64,000 nucleotides of DNA from Porticoccaceae bacterium (GTDB taxonomy: Bacteria; Pseudomonadota; Gammaproteobacteria; Pseudomonadales; Porticoccaceae): contig JAQWGK010000046.1 in assembly GCA_029238255.1 (NCBI GenBank), positions 32,708 to 96,707 of the forward strand, read 5' to 3'. Both the position numbers and the translations under genes were made by a program. Every line of letters starts with the position of its first letter. Position 1 is the first letter of the stretch. The notes beneath the pieces are model-generated. The model saw only the letters and a list, made by a program, of their open reading frames with translations. It had not been told where the DNA came from and made no database searches. This document shows positions 1-9,083 of the stretch, piece by piece.

Positions 1-951
1 ATTGAACGGGTTAACTATGGCCTCAACAGCCTCTCCCAAACTCCCTATCTGCTCTCCATAGCCGATACCGAGAGCTTTCTTGGCAACTGGGAGGAATCAC
101 AGGATGCGCTGGAAAATGTCTACTCTATTAACTCTCAAGCCTATGGTGAAACTGATCCGCGAATGCTGCCAGTACTCGACGAACTTCTCGACTGGTATAT
201 GGATACCTACAAAGAGAGAACCCGCGATGGCGGTTATCAGAATTTAGTGATGTCCGAGCGTTTGGGCAATCGTATCTCTAAAATCCTCAAAACCCATGTG
301 CCAATCGACGATCCGGATGCCGTATTGCGATACCGCAAAATCGGTCATCTACACTATTTTATTGCCAAACATATCAAAGAGTATGGTGAGCCCTCGGATT
401 CTGGTTTTACTATCAACTCCGGAGCCACCACAAGCAGCCCAAGGAGTACCTCTCACCTGCACTATCAACGGGGTAAAACGGCGCTAAAGAAAGTCATTGA
501 GTCACTTGATCAACAGCCGAACAGCAGCGCTTCCGACAAAGCCAAAGCTATCGCAGAGCTCGGCGATTGGTATCTGGCATTTGGTCAGCGCATGTCTGCC
601 ACCAAGACTTACAAACTTGCCTTCCAAACACTGGCGGAGAGTGACGAATCACCGCAGCTATCTAAAGCTCTTTTTGATCAACCCAGTGTTATTAAATTTA
701 CGGCTATAGAGGGAAGACAGGAAAGGATAGAACCTCAAGAAAAAAATCTTCAGGTATCTATGACTGTCACTAAAACTGGCGTGCCCATTAAAATGGAAAT
801 TCTCAATCCGCCAGAAAATATTACCAAGAGCGAGATTCGCTCAATTCTAAAAGATATCCGCAGCAAACGTTTTAGACCCAGACTTGTAGATGGAATAACC
901 ACTGAGAGTAAATTTGTATTGCCCTATTCAAGCAAAAAGACACAGGGATAA
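1..951 (+). CDS. 5'-truncated CDS: helical-repeat protein with a TonB_C-like C-terminal domain
   Basis: Frame 1 is open from base 1 with no stop before the listed ORF at 163. Stop is TAA at 949-951. The C-terminal segment LQVSMTVTKTGVPIKMEILNPP...RSKRFRPRLVDG...FVLPY follows the pattern of TonB C-terminal domains. It is the first gene of a tightly packed same-strand cluster. Confidence 0.5.
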   Translation: MERVNYGLNSLSQTPYLLSIADTESFLGNWEESQDALENVYSINSQAYGETDPRMLPVLDELLDWYMDTYKERTRDGGYQNLVMSERLGNRISKILKTHVPIDDPDAVLRYRKIGHLHYFIAKHIKEYGEPSDSGFTINSGATTSSPRSTSHLHYQRGKTALKKVIESLDQQPNSSASDKAKAIAELGDWYLAFGQRMSATKTYKLAFQTLAESDESPQLSKALFDQPSVIKFTAIEGRQERIEPQEKNLQVSMTVTKTGVPIKMEILNPPENITKSEIRSILKDIRSKRFRPRLVDGITTESKFVLPYSSKKTQG

Positions 952-964
952 TAAAATAACCGCG

Positions 965-1750
965 ATGAAAATAATGACTGATAAAAAACTCAGCACAAAC
1001 CTGACAACTGGTTCGCAAAGGCCAGTGATTACAGGTTTGCTTGTCGCTTTAATTTTAGGCCTGTGCGCCTGTTCGATGCCATCACCGACTAATAGCGGTT
1101 CCAGTTCTAGCGGCGGTATGCCCAGCTCTGGTGGAGGCTCAGCAGGTCCTTCAAATCCAGGAGGGGGAGTGCCAAATCCGGGAGGGGGAGCACCAAATCC
1201 AGGAGGGGATGCGGGCGGCAGCACACCACCACCCAGTGGCGGTGGTGGTAGTGCTGGTAATGAAAGCTCTGGGGGTGACAGCTCTGAGGCGGGCGATGAT
1301 TCTTCAGGAGAGTCTATAGAGGGGCTCGATGAAGCTCTCGATGAATCTCTGGAAGATTTCGATGAGGCCGTGCTTGCCGAGGGCAATCGCAACAGTACTG
1401 ATAGCATAGATATCCTCAGCCCCAGCGGCACCAGTGGGGGTATCGACAGCGATGAACCCCTGTTTGAAGAAGCCGGCAGCGGCGATGCTCAGGGCAATGC
1501 CTCAATAGAACAGCGAGCCGCGGAGGGAGCGCCACCCGGGACCGAAGATGGAGAAGGCCAGATCGGCCAAGCTAGCTCCGGGCCGGAACAGGTCGACAGC
1601 GAGATTATTCCAATCCCTGACGATATAGATGATGGTCAGGGTGACGATATTGTTTTACGACAAATTCGTGACGCAGCAATCAAAGAGCGAGATCCGGTAC
1701 TCCGCGAAAAGCTCTGGGATGAATACCGCCGTATAAAGAGTCAAGGGTAG
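965..1750 (+). CDS. Lipoprotein with a Gly/Ser/Pro-rich then strongly acidic low-complexity region and a conserved-looking charged C-terminal helix
   Basis: ATG at 965 lies 13 nt after the upstream stop. A signal peptide ends in the lipobox-like ILGLCAC. GGVPNPGGGAPNPGG repeats are present. The longer ORF from 914 overlaps the upstream gene and is less likely. Confidence 0.55.
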   Translation: MKIMTDKKLSTNLTTGSQRPVITGLLVALILGLCACSMPSPTNSGSSSSGGMPSSGGGSAGPSNPGGGVPNPGGGAPNPGGDAGGSTPPPSGGGGSAGNESSGGDSSEAGDDSSGESIEGLDEALDESLEDFDEAVLAEGNRNSTDSIDILSPSGTSGGIDSDEPLFEEAGSGDAQGNASIEQRAAEGAPPGTEDGEGQIGQASSGPEQVDSEIIPIPDDIDDGQGDDIVLRQIRDAAIKERDPVLREKLWDEYRRIKSQG

Positions 1751-1757
1751 AAAAATA

Positions 1758-2990
1758 ATGACAAGAGTGAAGTTAACTATGAGAAGCGGTAAATCTTTTA
1801 GAGCACCTTTTATTAGCGGACTAAACCTACTAATAACCCTGCTACTGCTTACCACACCAGTAACAACAGCCTATGGTGCCGTAGATAAAATAACCTCTTC
1901 AACCACCCTAACACTGGCAACACCGTCGCGATCATTTCCCATAGAGTCACTGTTAGATGTGGGCATTCCAACCCTTAATGACGGGCTCTATCTCACCGAC
2001 GAAGACGACACAGTTTTTCCCGAAGTTCGCTATGCAGAGGCCATTTACTTCTCCAACCAGCTGGGCAAAGTTTTAGAGAAAAGCGGCGCCTGGGGAGCTA
2101 TTCGAGTGACTCCCAACAGTGATGTGATTATGGATCTGTATATCACCGGCACCATCTTTCAGTCCGATGGGGAAACCATGGATCTGGAAATTAAAGTGGT
2201 CGATAGCAGCGGCAAGCAGTGGCTAAAAAAGCGCTATAAACAAACCACCGGCAAATACGCCTATGACCGGCGCTTAAAAAGCCTCGGCGACCCCTTCCAA
2301 AATCTGTTTATCCGGATTGCCAACGACCTGCTCAAGTATCGTGAAAAAATCAGCGATCAGCGAGCGGAGGAACTGCGCACTATCTCTGAACTGCGATTTG
2401 CCAAAAAATTCTCGCCAGAGGCTTTTGACAACTATGTAGAGGAAGACCGCAAGGGTATTTTGAGTATCTCGCGACTGCCCGCCGAAAACGACAGCATTCT
2501 TATTCGCGTACGCAAAATTCGCGAGCGGGATTATCTCTATGTCGACACCATGCAGGATTACTACGACGGCTTCTCCCAGCAGATGCATCTGGCCTATCAG
2601 GATTTTCGTCGCTCCTCCTACGACTCTGTCGTCAAAGCGCGACAGCTAAATGCTCAGGGCAACCGACAGGTTATCGCCGGTATTGGCGCTATTCTGGCGG
2701 GAATTTACGGCCGCTCTCAGGCCCGCACCAGCATGGCTGATGATGCCGGCACCGCCACCGCTGCAGTCGGTGGTTTTGTGATTAAATCCGGTCTCGACAA
2801 AAAACAGAAAGCCTCGGAATTCAACGAGTCGGTAGCAGAGATGGGCTCCTCTTTAGAAGCGGAAATTGCCCCTCAGGTTATCGAACTGGAAGATCGCACC
2901 GTCACCCTGACCGGCACGGTTCAGGCCCAGTATCAACAGTGGCAGGAACTGCTCGGCAAGATCTATCAGCAAGAGCGCGGAACACCCTAA
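1758..2990 (+). CDS. Secreted hypothetical protein with a Gly/Ala-rich C-terminal segment
   Basis: 410-aa ORF starting 7 nt after the upstream stop. The N-terminal hydrophobic signal-like segment is LLITLLLLTTPVTTAYGA. Glycine-zipper-like stretches (IAGIGAILAGIYG, AAVGGFVIKSG) lie near the C-terminus. Confidence 0.5.
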   Translation: MTRVKLTMRSGKSFRAPFISGLNLLITLLLLTTPVTTAYGAVDKITSSTTLTLATPSRSFPIESLLDVGIPTLNDGLYLTDEDDTVFPEVRYAEAIYFSNQLGKVLEKSGAWGAIRVTPNSDVIMDLYITGTIFQSDGETMDLEIKVVDSSGKQWLKKRYKQTTGKYAYDRRLKSLGDPFQNLFIRIANDLLKYREKISDQRAEELRTISELRFAKKFSPEAFDNYVEEDRKGILSISRLPAENDSILIRVRKIRERDYLYVDTMQDYYDGFSQQMHLAYQDFRRSSYDSVVKARQLNAQGNRQVIAGIGAILAGIYGRSQARTSMADDAGTATAAVGGFVIKSGLDKKQKASEFNESVAEMGSSLEAEIAPQVIELEDRTVTLTGTVQAQYQQWQELLGKIYQQERGTP

Positions 2991-2993
2991 ACC

Positions 2994-4487
2994 ATGGATA
3001 CCAGAAACGCCAAACCGACCAGCGCACATCCGGCTTTTAACGGGCACAGCAACAGCCCGCAAAAACCGCTGAACAGTGGCGCGCGTCAAAATGGGGTTCA
3101 AAAAATTGTTATCTCTGTACTTCTGCTGATCGCCACTGTGGTAATTTTTGTCCTCCCCAGGGGCGTCACCGAACCCTGGATTAACTATTCGGCGCAGACT
3201 GAAAATACCCCCGTTAAGCCAACAGCTACTGAAGTCAGTCCCTCGACAGCGGCAGAAAAAACTAAATACCGGCAAGATGCGCAAACGCTATTGGCGCAGA
3301 TTATTGCCTACCGCGACCGCCTTCAGGAAAAGCGAGTCGAGCTGTGGGGAGAGTTTGAATACAAGCAGGGAATAATGCAGATAGAGCGTGGCGATCAGCA
3401 ATACCAATACGGCGAATACGCTGAATCTGTTGCCAGCTACCAGAGCGCCCTCGACCAGCTAAGCGCTCTTGAGGGCCGAGGAAAAACGATTCTCAGCGAA
3501 GCTATAGACAGCACCGCCAGCGCCATTGAAGAAAATATTCTCAGCACCGCTACCACCGCTATAGAACTGGCCAACGCCATGGCTCCCGACAGTAAGCAGG
3601 TGCAACAGCTCAGCCAGCGAGTAGCCAACTTGCCGCAGCTAATCGAAGCGATGCAACTGGGCGAAAAGCTTAGCGCACGCAGCCAACTCAGCGCTGCCAA
3701 AGAAGCATTTAATAACGCAGTTAAACTGGATCCAGAACATAAAAAAGCCGCCGCTGCACTGGCTAAAACCAACCAGAAAATCACCGAACAGCGCTTTCGT
3801 GGTTTTATGAGTGAAGGCTTTAGCGCACTGGATAAGGATAACTTTGTCGAAGCCAAAGCGGCATTTAATCGAGCCGCCACAGTCTATACCGACCACCCTG
3901 CTGTGGCGCAGGCACTGGCACAGCTAGAGACACGCCGCTCGCAACTCTGGGTGACCAGTAATATGGCCCGTGCCGCGGAATTTGAAGCGCAGGAACAATG
4001 GCAGCGTGCCAAAACGGTCTATCAAAAACTGTTACTCGCTGATAGCAGTCTCACCGATGCCAAAGTTAAACAGATTCCGGTGGCCGTGCGCGCCGATTTG
4101 GATAAGCGTATCAACGCTATTATCGAAGACCCTCTCGCGCTTTCAGCTAGTAGCCAATTTCGCAAAGCCCAGCAAGCCCTGCAAGATGCTTCGGGCATTG
4201 CCACTCCCGGCCCAGTGTTAAAACAACAGATTGCCAGTCTCAGGGAGATTCTTAAAGCCTCCCAAACACCGGTAGAGATCGCCCTGACCTCCGACAGCAA
4301 TACAGAGGTCACCTTATTTAGAGTCGCCAAGCTCGGCACCTTTGATAAAACCTCGGTGGCCCTAAAACCCGGCCGTTATATAGTCGCCGGCACCAGAAGC
4401 GGCTATCGGGATGTACGGATTGAATTTACCGTCACCGGCAAAGGCTTCGACACACCGATCAGCATTAGCTGCAATGAGGCTATTTAG
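2994..4487 (+). CDS. Bitopic membrane protein with a periplasmic TPR-like helical region and a PEGA-like beta-sandwich C-terminus
   Basis: Starts 3 nt after the upstream stop. One TM helix (VISVLLLIATVVIFVL) follows a basic N-terminus. Ala/Gln-rich helical repeats follow. The C-terminal LKPGRYIVAGTRSGYRDVRIEFTV resembles a PEGA motif. Confidence 0.5.
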   Translation: MDTRNAKPTSAHPAFNGHSNSPQKPLNSGARQNGVQKIVISVLLLIATVVIFVLPRGVTEPWINYSAQTENTPVKPTATEVSPSTAAEKTKYRQDAQTLLAQIIAYRDRLQEKRVELWGEFEYKQGIMQIERGDQQYQYGEYAESVASYQSALDQLSALEGRGKTILSEAIDSTASAIEENILSTATTAIELANAMAPDSKQVQQLSQRVANLPQLIEAMQLGEKLSARSQLSAAKEAFNNAVKLDPEHKKAAAALAKTNQKITEQRFRGFMSEGFSALDKDNFVEAKAAFNRAATVYTDHPAVAQALAQLETRRSQLWVTSNMARAAEFEAQEQWQRAKTVYQKLLLADSSLTDAKVKQIPVAVRADLDKRINAIIEDPLALSASSQFRKAQQALQDASGIATPGPVLKQQIASLREILKASQTPVEIALTSDSNTEVTLFRVAKLGTFDKTSVALKPGRYIVAGTRSGYRDVRIEFTVTGKGFDTPISISCNEAI

Positions 4488-4605
4488 AATTTAATGGGTT
4501 ATAAATAAAGAGGAAAAGCTCTAGAGAAAAATTTAAACACCAAAGGGAATCAGAGGCCATACTGATATCACGCAAGCCTCACTGACAAAAATATAATTAC
4601 AAACT

Positions 4606-6684
4606 ATGGTCGATAAAAAAGACGCCCAACCACTGACTGCAACCGACTTTACGCCGCTAAAAAGCAAGGCGCAAAAGCGTGGCACCCGACCGTCTGCGGC
4701 ACTGCTGTTAACCACCTTATTCACCGTGGTCGCACTGGTAATTCTAATATTCTTATTTGCCGCACGGGCCATTATCCTGCGCCTCGACCCAACCACTGCG
4801 GTGGTTGATATTAGCGGCCTGAGCTTTCATATTGGTGATAACTATCTTCTGTTACGCGGAGAGCATCAACTCAGTGCCGAAGCTCCGGGCTATTTCCCTC
4901 TAAGTAAAACCATAGAGGTCACCGATCAGGCCACCCAGGAGATCGACGTCGAGCTGCAGCCCTTGCCGGGCAATCTTTTGGTCAATGCCAGCCTCAGTGA
5001 GATAGAGGTATTTATTGACGACCAGTTAGCGGGCACAGTGCCGGGAACTCTCGAAGGCATTAGCCGCGGCGCCCACAAACTCGAATTTAAAAAATACCGC
5101 TATTTCCCCCTGCAACAGGAAGTCGAAATCGAAGGGCTGGGTAAAACTCAGGCCATCGACATTTCCCTGCAACCGGCCTGGGGGCATATTGATTTCATAT
5201 CCGATCCGACCGGTGCAGAGCTGTATATTGATAATCGCCTAATCGGCACAACCCCAATTTCAGCGGAAGTACTGGAAACCGGAAGTCAGCTAACCCTGAA
5301 AGCCAGCGGCTATAAAACCCTGCAACAGCAGGTAACCGTTAAAGCCGGCAGCAAAGCTCAACACCCATTGATCGAAATGATCGTTGCCGATGGCACCCTG
5401 TCTATCAACAGCTCTCCTGCGGGCGCCAGCATTACCATTGATCAACAATTCGCCGGTGTCAGCCCTTTAACCGTTGATGTAGCCCCCTTTGCAAAGCATA
5501 GAGTCGAGCTATTTCTCGAGGGCTATCTAAAAGCCAGCCGCACCCTGCAGGTAAAACCCCAGCAGCAGGCGGAGCTCAGCGTCGACCTCAGACCCAATAT
5601 AGGCACGGTGCAGCTTACAGTCAGTCCCGCAGATGCGGTGGTTAAAGTAGATGGCAAGCCATATAGCAGTGGCAGCCAGACCCTGTCTCTCAATGCCAAG
5701 CCCCACAGCATTAGCGTGGAAAAGCCCGGCTACCAGACCAAATCCATCAGTATCACCCCCAGACCCGCCCATCAGCAGGCATTGACCATCAAACTGCTAA
5801 CGCTGGAGCAGGCCTACTGGGCATCTCGTCCGCCACAGCTAAAGAGCTCAGTGGGTATCAACTTAAAACTCTTCCGCCCCGATCCACAGCAGCCGTTTAT
5901 GCTCGGCGCACCGCGACGCGAGCCGGGCAGACGAGCCAATGAAGCGGAGCGCTCCGTCGCCCTGCAGCGACCCTTTTATCTGGCCACCCATGAAACCACC
6001 AATGCCCAGTACCGGCAGTGGAAAGAGCAACACAGCTCTACCGCCATTAAGGGTCAGACCCTGGATATGAATGATCAGCCAGCCGTCAAAGTCAGCTGGG
6101 AAGATGCCGCGCTATTCTGTAACTGGTTGAGCCGCAGAGAGGGTTTAGCACCGTTCTACAAGGTCGAGCAGGGTCGGGTTACCAGCTTTAACTGGGATGC
6201 TCCCGGCTACCGACTGCCTACCGAGGCGGAATGGGCCTGGGCAGCAAAAATTGATCTGCAGTCGAAAAGCCATATATTCCCCTGGAGCAATGACCTCTAT
6301 CCGCCGCAGGAGATCACCGACAACTACGCGGATAAAAGCGCCAGCGCTTTTCTGACCTTTACCCTGCCCAACTACAATGACCAGTATCCAGTATCGGCGG
6401 TGGTGGGTAGTTTTGAAGCCAACAGCAAAGGGCTCTACGAAATCAGCGGCAATGTCGCTGAATGGGTCAATGACTACTTTGATATCCGCCCAAGCCGCGG
6501 CGAACCTCAACTCGATCCTCGGGGTCCACAGCAGGGCAATAAACATGTGATTCGCGGTGCCAGCTGGGCTCTGGCCTCACGCACAGAGTTGCGTCTTAGC
6601 TACCGAGATTCCGGCAACGATGGACGCATTGATCTGGGCTTTAGAATCGCCAGATATGTTGATAAACCCGGAAGTGATCTATGA
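4606..6684 (+). CDS. Bitopic membrane protein: multiple PEGA repeats fused to a C-terminal FGE-sulfatase (SUMF1/EgtB/PvdO) fold domain
   Basis: N-terminal TM helix LLLTTLFTVVALVILIFLFAA. Repeated PEGA-like motifs (AEAPGYFPL, FKKYRYFPLQQEV, LKASGYKTLQQQV, LEGYLKASRTLQV, VEKPGYQTKSISI). C-terminal FGE-fold signatures (RLPTEAEWAWAA, GNVAEWVNDYF, IRGASWA, LGFRIARY). Confidence 0.75.
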   Translation: MVDKKDAQPLTATDFTPLKSKAQKRGTRPSAALLLTTLFTVVALVILIFLFAARAIILRLDPTTAVVDISGLSFHIGDNYLLLRGEHQLSAEAPGYFPLSKTIEVTDQATQEIDVELQPLPGNLLVNASLSEIEVFIDDQLAGTVPGTLEGISRGAHKLEFKKYRYFPLQQEVEIEGLGKTQAIDISLQPAWGHIDFISDPTGAELYIDNRLIGTTPISAEVLETGSQLTLKASGYKTLQQQVTVKAGSKAQHPLIEMIVADGTLSINSSPAGASITIDQQFAGVSPLTVDVAPFAKHRVELFLEGYLKASRTLQVKPQQQAELSVDLRPNIGTVQLTVSPADAVVKVDGKPYSSGSQTLSLNAKPHSISVEKPGYQTKSISITPRPAHQQALTIKLLTLEQAYWASRPPQLKSSVGINLKLFRPDPQQPFMLGAPRREPGRRANEAERSVALQRPFYLATHETTNAQYRQWKEQHSSTAIKGQTLDMNDQPAVKVSWEDAALFCNWLSRREGLAPFYKVEQGRVTSFNWDAPGYRLPTEAEWAWAAKIDLQSKSHIFPWSNDLYPPQEITDNYADKSASAFLTFTLPNYNDQYPVSAVVGSFEANSKGLYEISGNVAEWVNDYFDIRPSRGEPQLDPRGPQQGNKHVIRGASWALASRTELRLSYRDSGNDGRIDLGFRIARYVDKPGSDL

Positions 6685-6935
6685 TCGGTTGCAGCAAAAA
6701 TCAAAACAGAATTTGCAGTTTTTGGCTGGCACTTTCTATCTTGGCGACAGTCTTTTTTCCAGCGACTGCCTTTTCAGTAGAGACAGAAGAGACCGGAGAA
6801 AACCCCGCCGAGTCATTGCCCGAAAATAACAGTCAGGGGGATCAGGCCGAACAACCGCCAGAGGCCCCTGAGGACTTTAAGCCTAGCGAAGAGATCTCCG
6901 AAGACTTCCCGGTTCCTCTTCCATCAGATATCTAA
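6681..6935 (+). CDS. Small secreted acidic protein
   Basis: ATGA start/stop overlap with the upstream gene implies translational coupling. Signal-like segment ICSFWLALSILATVFFPATAFS. Acidic, proline-rich mature part. Confidence 0.45.
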   Translation: MIGCSKNQNRICSFWLALSILATVFFPATAFSVETEETGENPAESLPENNSQGDQAEQPPEAPEDFKPSEEISEDFPVPLPSDI

Positions 6936-6968
6936 CAAGCCCTTTTTTACAAACTTAGGAATACTCAA

Positions 6969-7763
6969 ATGAAAAGTCATACCAATGAGATGTTCTTCCA
7001 ATTAATCGCCCTGCTACTGGCAGTGATTGTTGTGCACGCGATCTTTGTCACCGTCGTGCGCCCCAATGCCGAGAGCACCATTCGCCAACACGCCGAGATG
7101 GCTGCCGCAGGTGAAGCCTACGAAGTACCGCGATCATTCTTTATTGTGATCAAAGACTTCGAGCAGGAAGCCTGTTTTATTCTAATGTTCTGGGCTCTGG
7201 CCATCATGGGTTACAAAACCCGCAGTGCCATGAACGAACAAAAAATGTTCGCCACACAGTTGGTCTCAATTAGCGAGGGCTCGAGGGTCTTGCCCGAGGA
7301 TGCCAGTCAACTGGCAAGGCCACTGCAATCTCTGCCGGAGGATCAACGGCCGCTACTACTGCCCCGGGCACTGCAAACCGCCCTGACCCGATTTCAGGTG
7401 ACCGACAGTGTTCAGTCCGCAACCGATGCGGTCAATACAGTGTGCAGCAATGAAAATGATCGTCTCGACTCGGAACTGTCGATGGTTCGCTATATCACCT
7501 GGGCAATTCCCTCGATTGGATTTATCGGCACAGTACGCGGTATAGGTGCGGCACTGGGTCAGGCTCATGAAGCCATGGAAGGCAATATTGCCGGCGTTAC
7601 CAGCAGCCTTGGAGTAGCCTTTAACTCAACCTTTATCGCCCTGCTAATCAGTATGGTGGTGATGTTTTTTATGCACCAGCTACAACTTATTCAGGAGCGA
7701 CTGGTACTGGATTCCCACGCCTACTGTGAAAACAATCTGCTGCGATTTTTAAAAGCGAAATAA
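6969..7763 (+). CDS. MotA/TolQ/ExbB proton-channel family protein
   Basis: AGGA sits upstream of the ATG. The C-terminal signature WAIPSIGFIGTVRGIGAALG...SSLGVAFNSTFIALLISMVVMFFM matches the conserved TM2-TM3 hairpin of the ExbB/TolQ/MotA family. An N-terminal TM helix is also present. Confidence 0.8.
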   Translation: MKSHTNEMFFQLIALLLAVIVVHAIFVTVVRPNAESTIRQHAEMAAAGEAYEVPRSFFIVIKDFEQEACFILMFWALAIMGYKTRSAMNEQKMFATQLVSISEGSRVLPEDASQLARPLQSLPEDQRPLLLPRALQTALTRFQVTDSVQSATDAVNTVCSNENDRLDSELSMVRYITWAIPSIGFIGTVRGIGAALGQAHEAMEGNIAGVTSSLGVAFNSTFIALLISMVVMFFMHQLQLIQERLVLDSHAYCENNLLRFLKAK

Positions 7764-7766
7764 ACC

Positions 7767-9083
7767 ATGAGCACTGCTGTTCTCGAACTTAATGATCAGG
7801 CGCTACTGATTAAAACTCAGGCCGGTGAAGTCTATTCCGAGCCGGGCTTTGCCCTGCATACAGAACAGGGCATTATCACCGGTCTTCCCGCCCGTCAGCA
7901 GGCCTGGCTACAGCCGCAAAATATCTATCGCGAGTACTGGCGACAACTCAATCAGGCACCGCTGTCTGGCGATCAGCAGTGGGCCCGCCATCACGCCGAT
8001 ATCGCCTATGCCCAGCTGCACAGTCTGCTGACCAAAGCCGGTACCCCTGAGCAGTTAGTACTCTGCGTTCCCAGTACATTCGATGATCAGCAACTATCAC
8101 TATTGCTTGGCTTAATAGATGCTATCAACACAACCGTAGTCTCAGTGATAGATAGCAGTCTCGCCAACTGTCTGTATCTGGAGGACTATATTGAAAATCT
8201 TCAGACTATTCAGGCAGCGGAAAAACAGACCCTGCATATTGATTTACAGATGCACCAAATGGTTGTCAGTCAGATTAGTTTTGAGCGCAACAGTCTGCGT
8301 ATTGAAGCTCATCAGGTGATTCCGGATCTAGGTGCCAGCCATATCTTCAATGCCCTCGCCGGCTATATCAGAGATCTGGCAATCAAAACCCATCGCTTTG
8401 ACCCACTGCATACCTCCGAGGGCGAACAGGCTATTTATGATCAACTTCCCAGTCTGGTGGCGCGCTTTGGCGGTATCTCTGAATGCGACCTAAGCCTCAG
8501 CTCACCGCGAGGAGATCTACCGATGCTACTGCGCAAGAGCGAAATCGAAGCGCTACTGGAACCCCGCCTGCAGAGCTTAACTCGACTGATCAGCAACAGT
8601 GCCGCCGCGGATATCACCCTCTCCCACAACACAAAATTGATCCCTGCCCTGCACTCAGGTTTTAGCCACGCACGACAACTCAATGAGACTCAGGCGGTTG
8701 ATAACTGCCTAAGGTCTTACGACAGCCTTTTAAAGCACAGCGAAAATCTTCACCGTATTACCTCATTTGAGCAAAAAGTTACCTATAGCGGCAGGCGCAA
8801 AACAGATATAGCACCACCAAAACCGGCCACCCATCTGCTCTATCAGGGTCGAGCCTGGCCCCTAAACGAGCCCCTCAGTATTGGGATAGATGGCAAGCGT
8901 CTGAATATTACTCAGTTAGTCGACAGCAGCGCGGCACTGGTTGTCTCAATCAATAACCACAGCCTCAATATTCTCTATCGCGACAACCAGATTTCAATAG
9001 AACTGCCAGAGAGCGCCGCACCCGGTGGGAAAATTTTTATCGGTGACTTTCGACTGCAATTAATCGAGGTCTGCAATGGCTAA
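7767..9083 (+). CDS. Cytoplasmic protein with a degenerate actin/Hsp70-like ATPase fold and a possible FHA-like C-terminus
   Basis: No signal peptide or TM helix. LVLCVPSTFDDQQLSLLLGLIDAINTTVVSVIDSSLANCLYL parallels the Hsp70/actin-fold segment (vitVPa.f.d.qr...ag..v..li.Ep.AA). The N-terminal AVLELNDQAL replaces the phosphate-1 DxG motif. The C-terminal LSIGIDGKRLNI...KIFIGDFRLQLIEV looks FHA-like. Confidence 0.4.
   Translation: MSTAVLELNDQALLIKTQAGEVYSEPGFALHTEQGIITGLPARQQAWLQPQNIYREYWRQLNQAPLSGDQQWARHHADIAYAQLHSLLTKAGTPEQLVLCVPSTFDDQQLSLLLGLIDAINTTVVSVIDSSLANCLYLEDYIENLQTIQAAEKQTLHIDLQMHQMVVSQISFERNSLRIEAHQVIPDLGASHIFNALAGYIRDLAIKTHRFDPLHTSEGEQAIYDQLPSLVARFGGISECDLSLSSPRGDLPMLLRKSEIEALLEPRLQSLTRLISNSAAADITLSHNTKLIPALHSGFSHARQLNETQAVDNCLRSYDSLLKHSENLHRITSFEQKVTYSGRRKTDIAPPKPATHLLYQGRAWPLNEPLSIGIDGKRLNITQLVDSSAALVVSINNHSLNILYRDNQISIELPESAAPGGKIFIGDFRLQLIEVCNG

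Noticed and set aside
928-1431. Long antisense ORF (167 aa) and a same-strand alternative-frame ORF (1131-1319) over the lipoprotein gene
   Set aside because: They lie in a Gly/Ser/Pro/acidic low-complexity region where all frames stay open. The translations are Pro/Ser-rich mirror images of the sense frame, with no start context.
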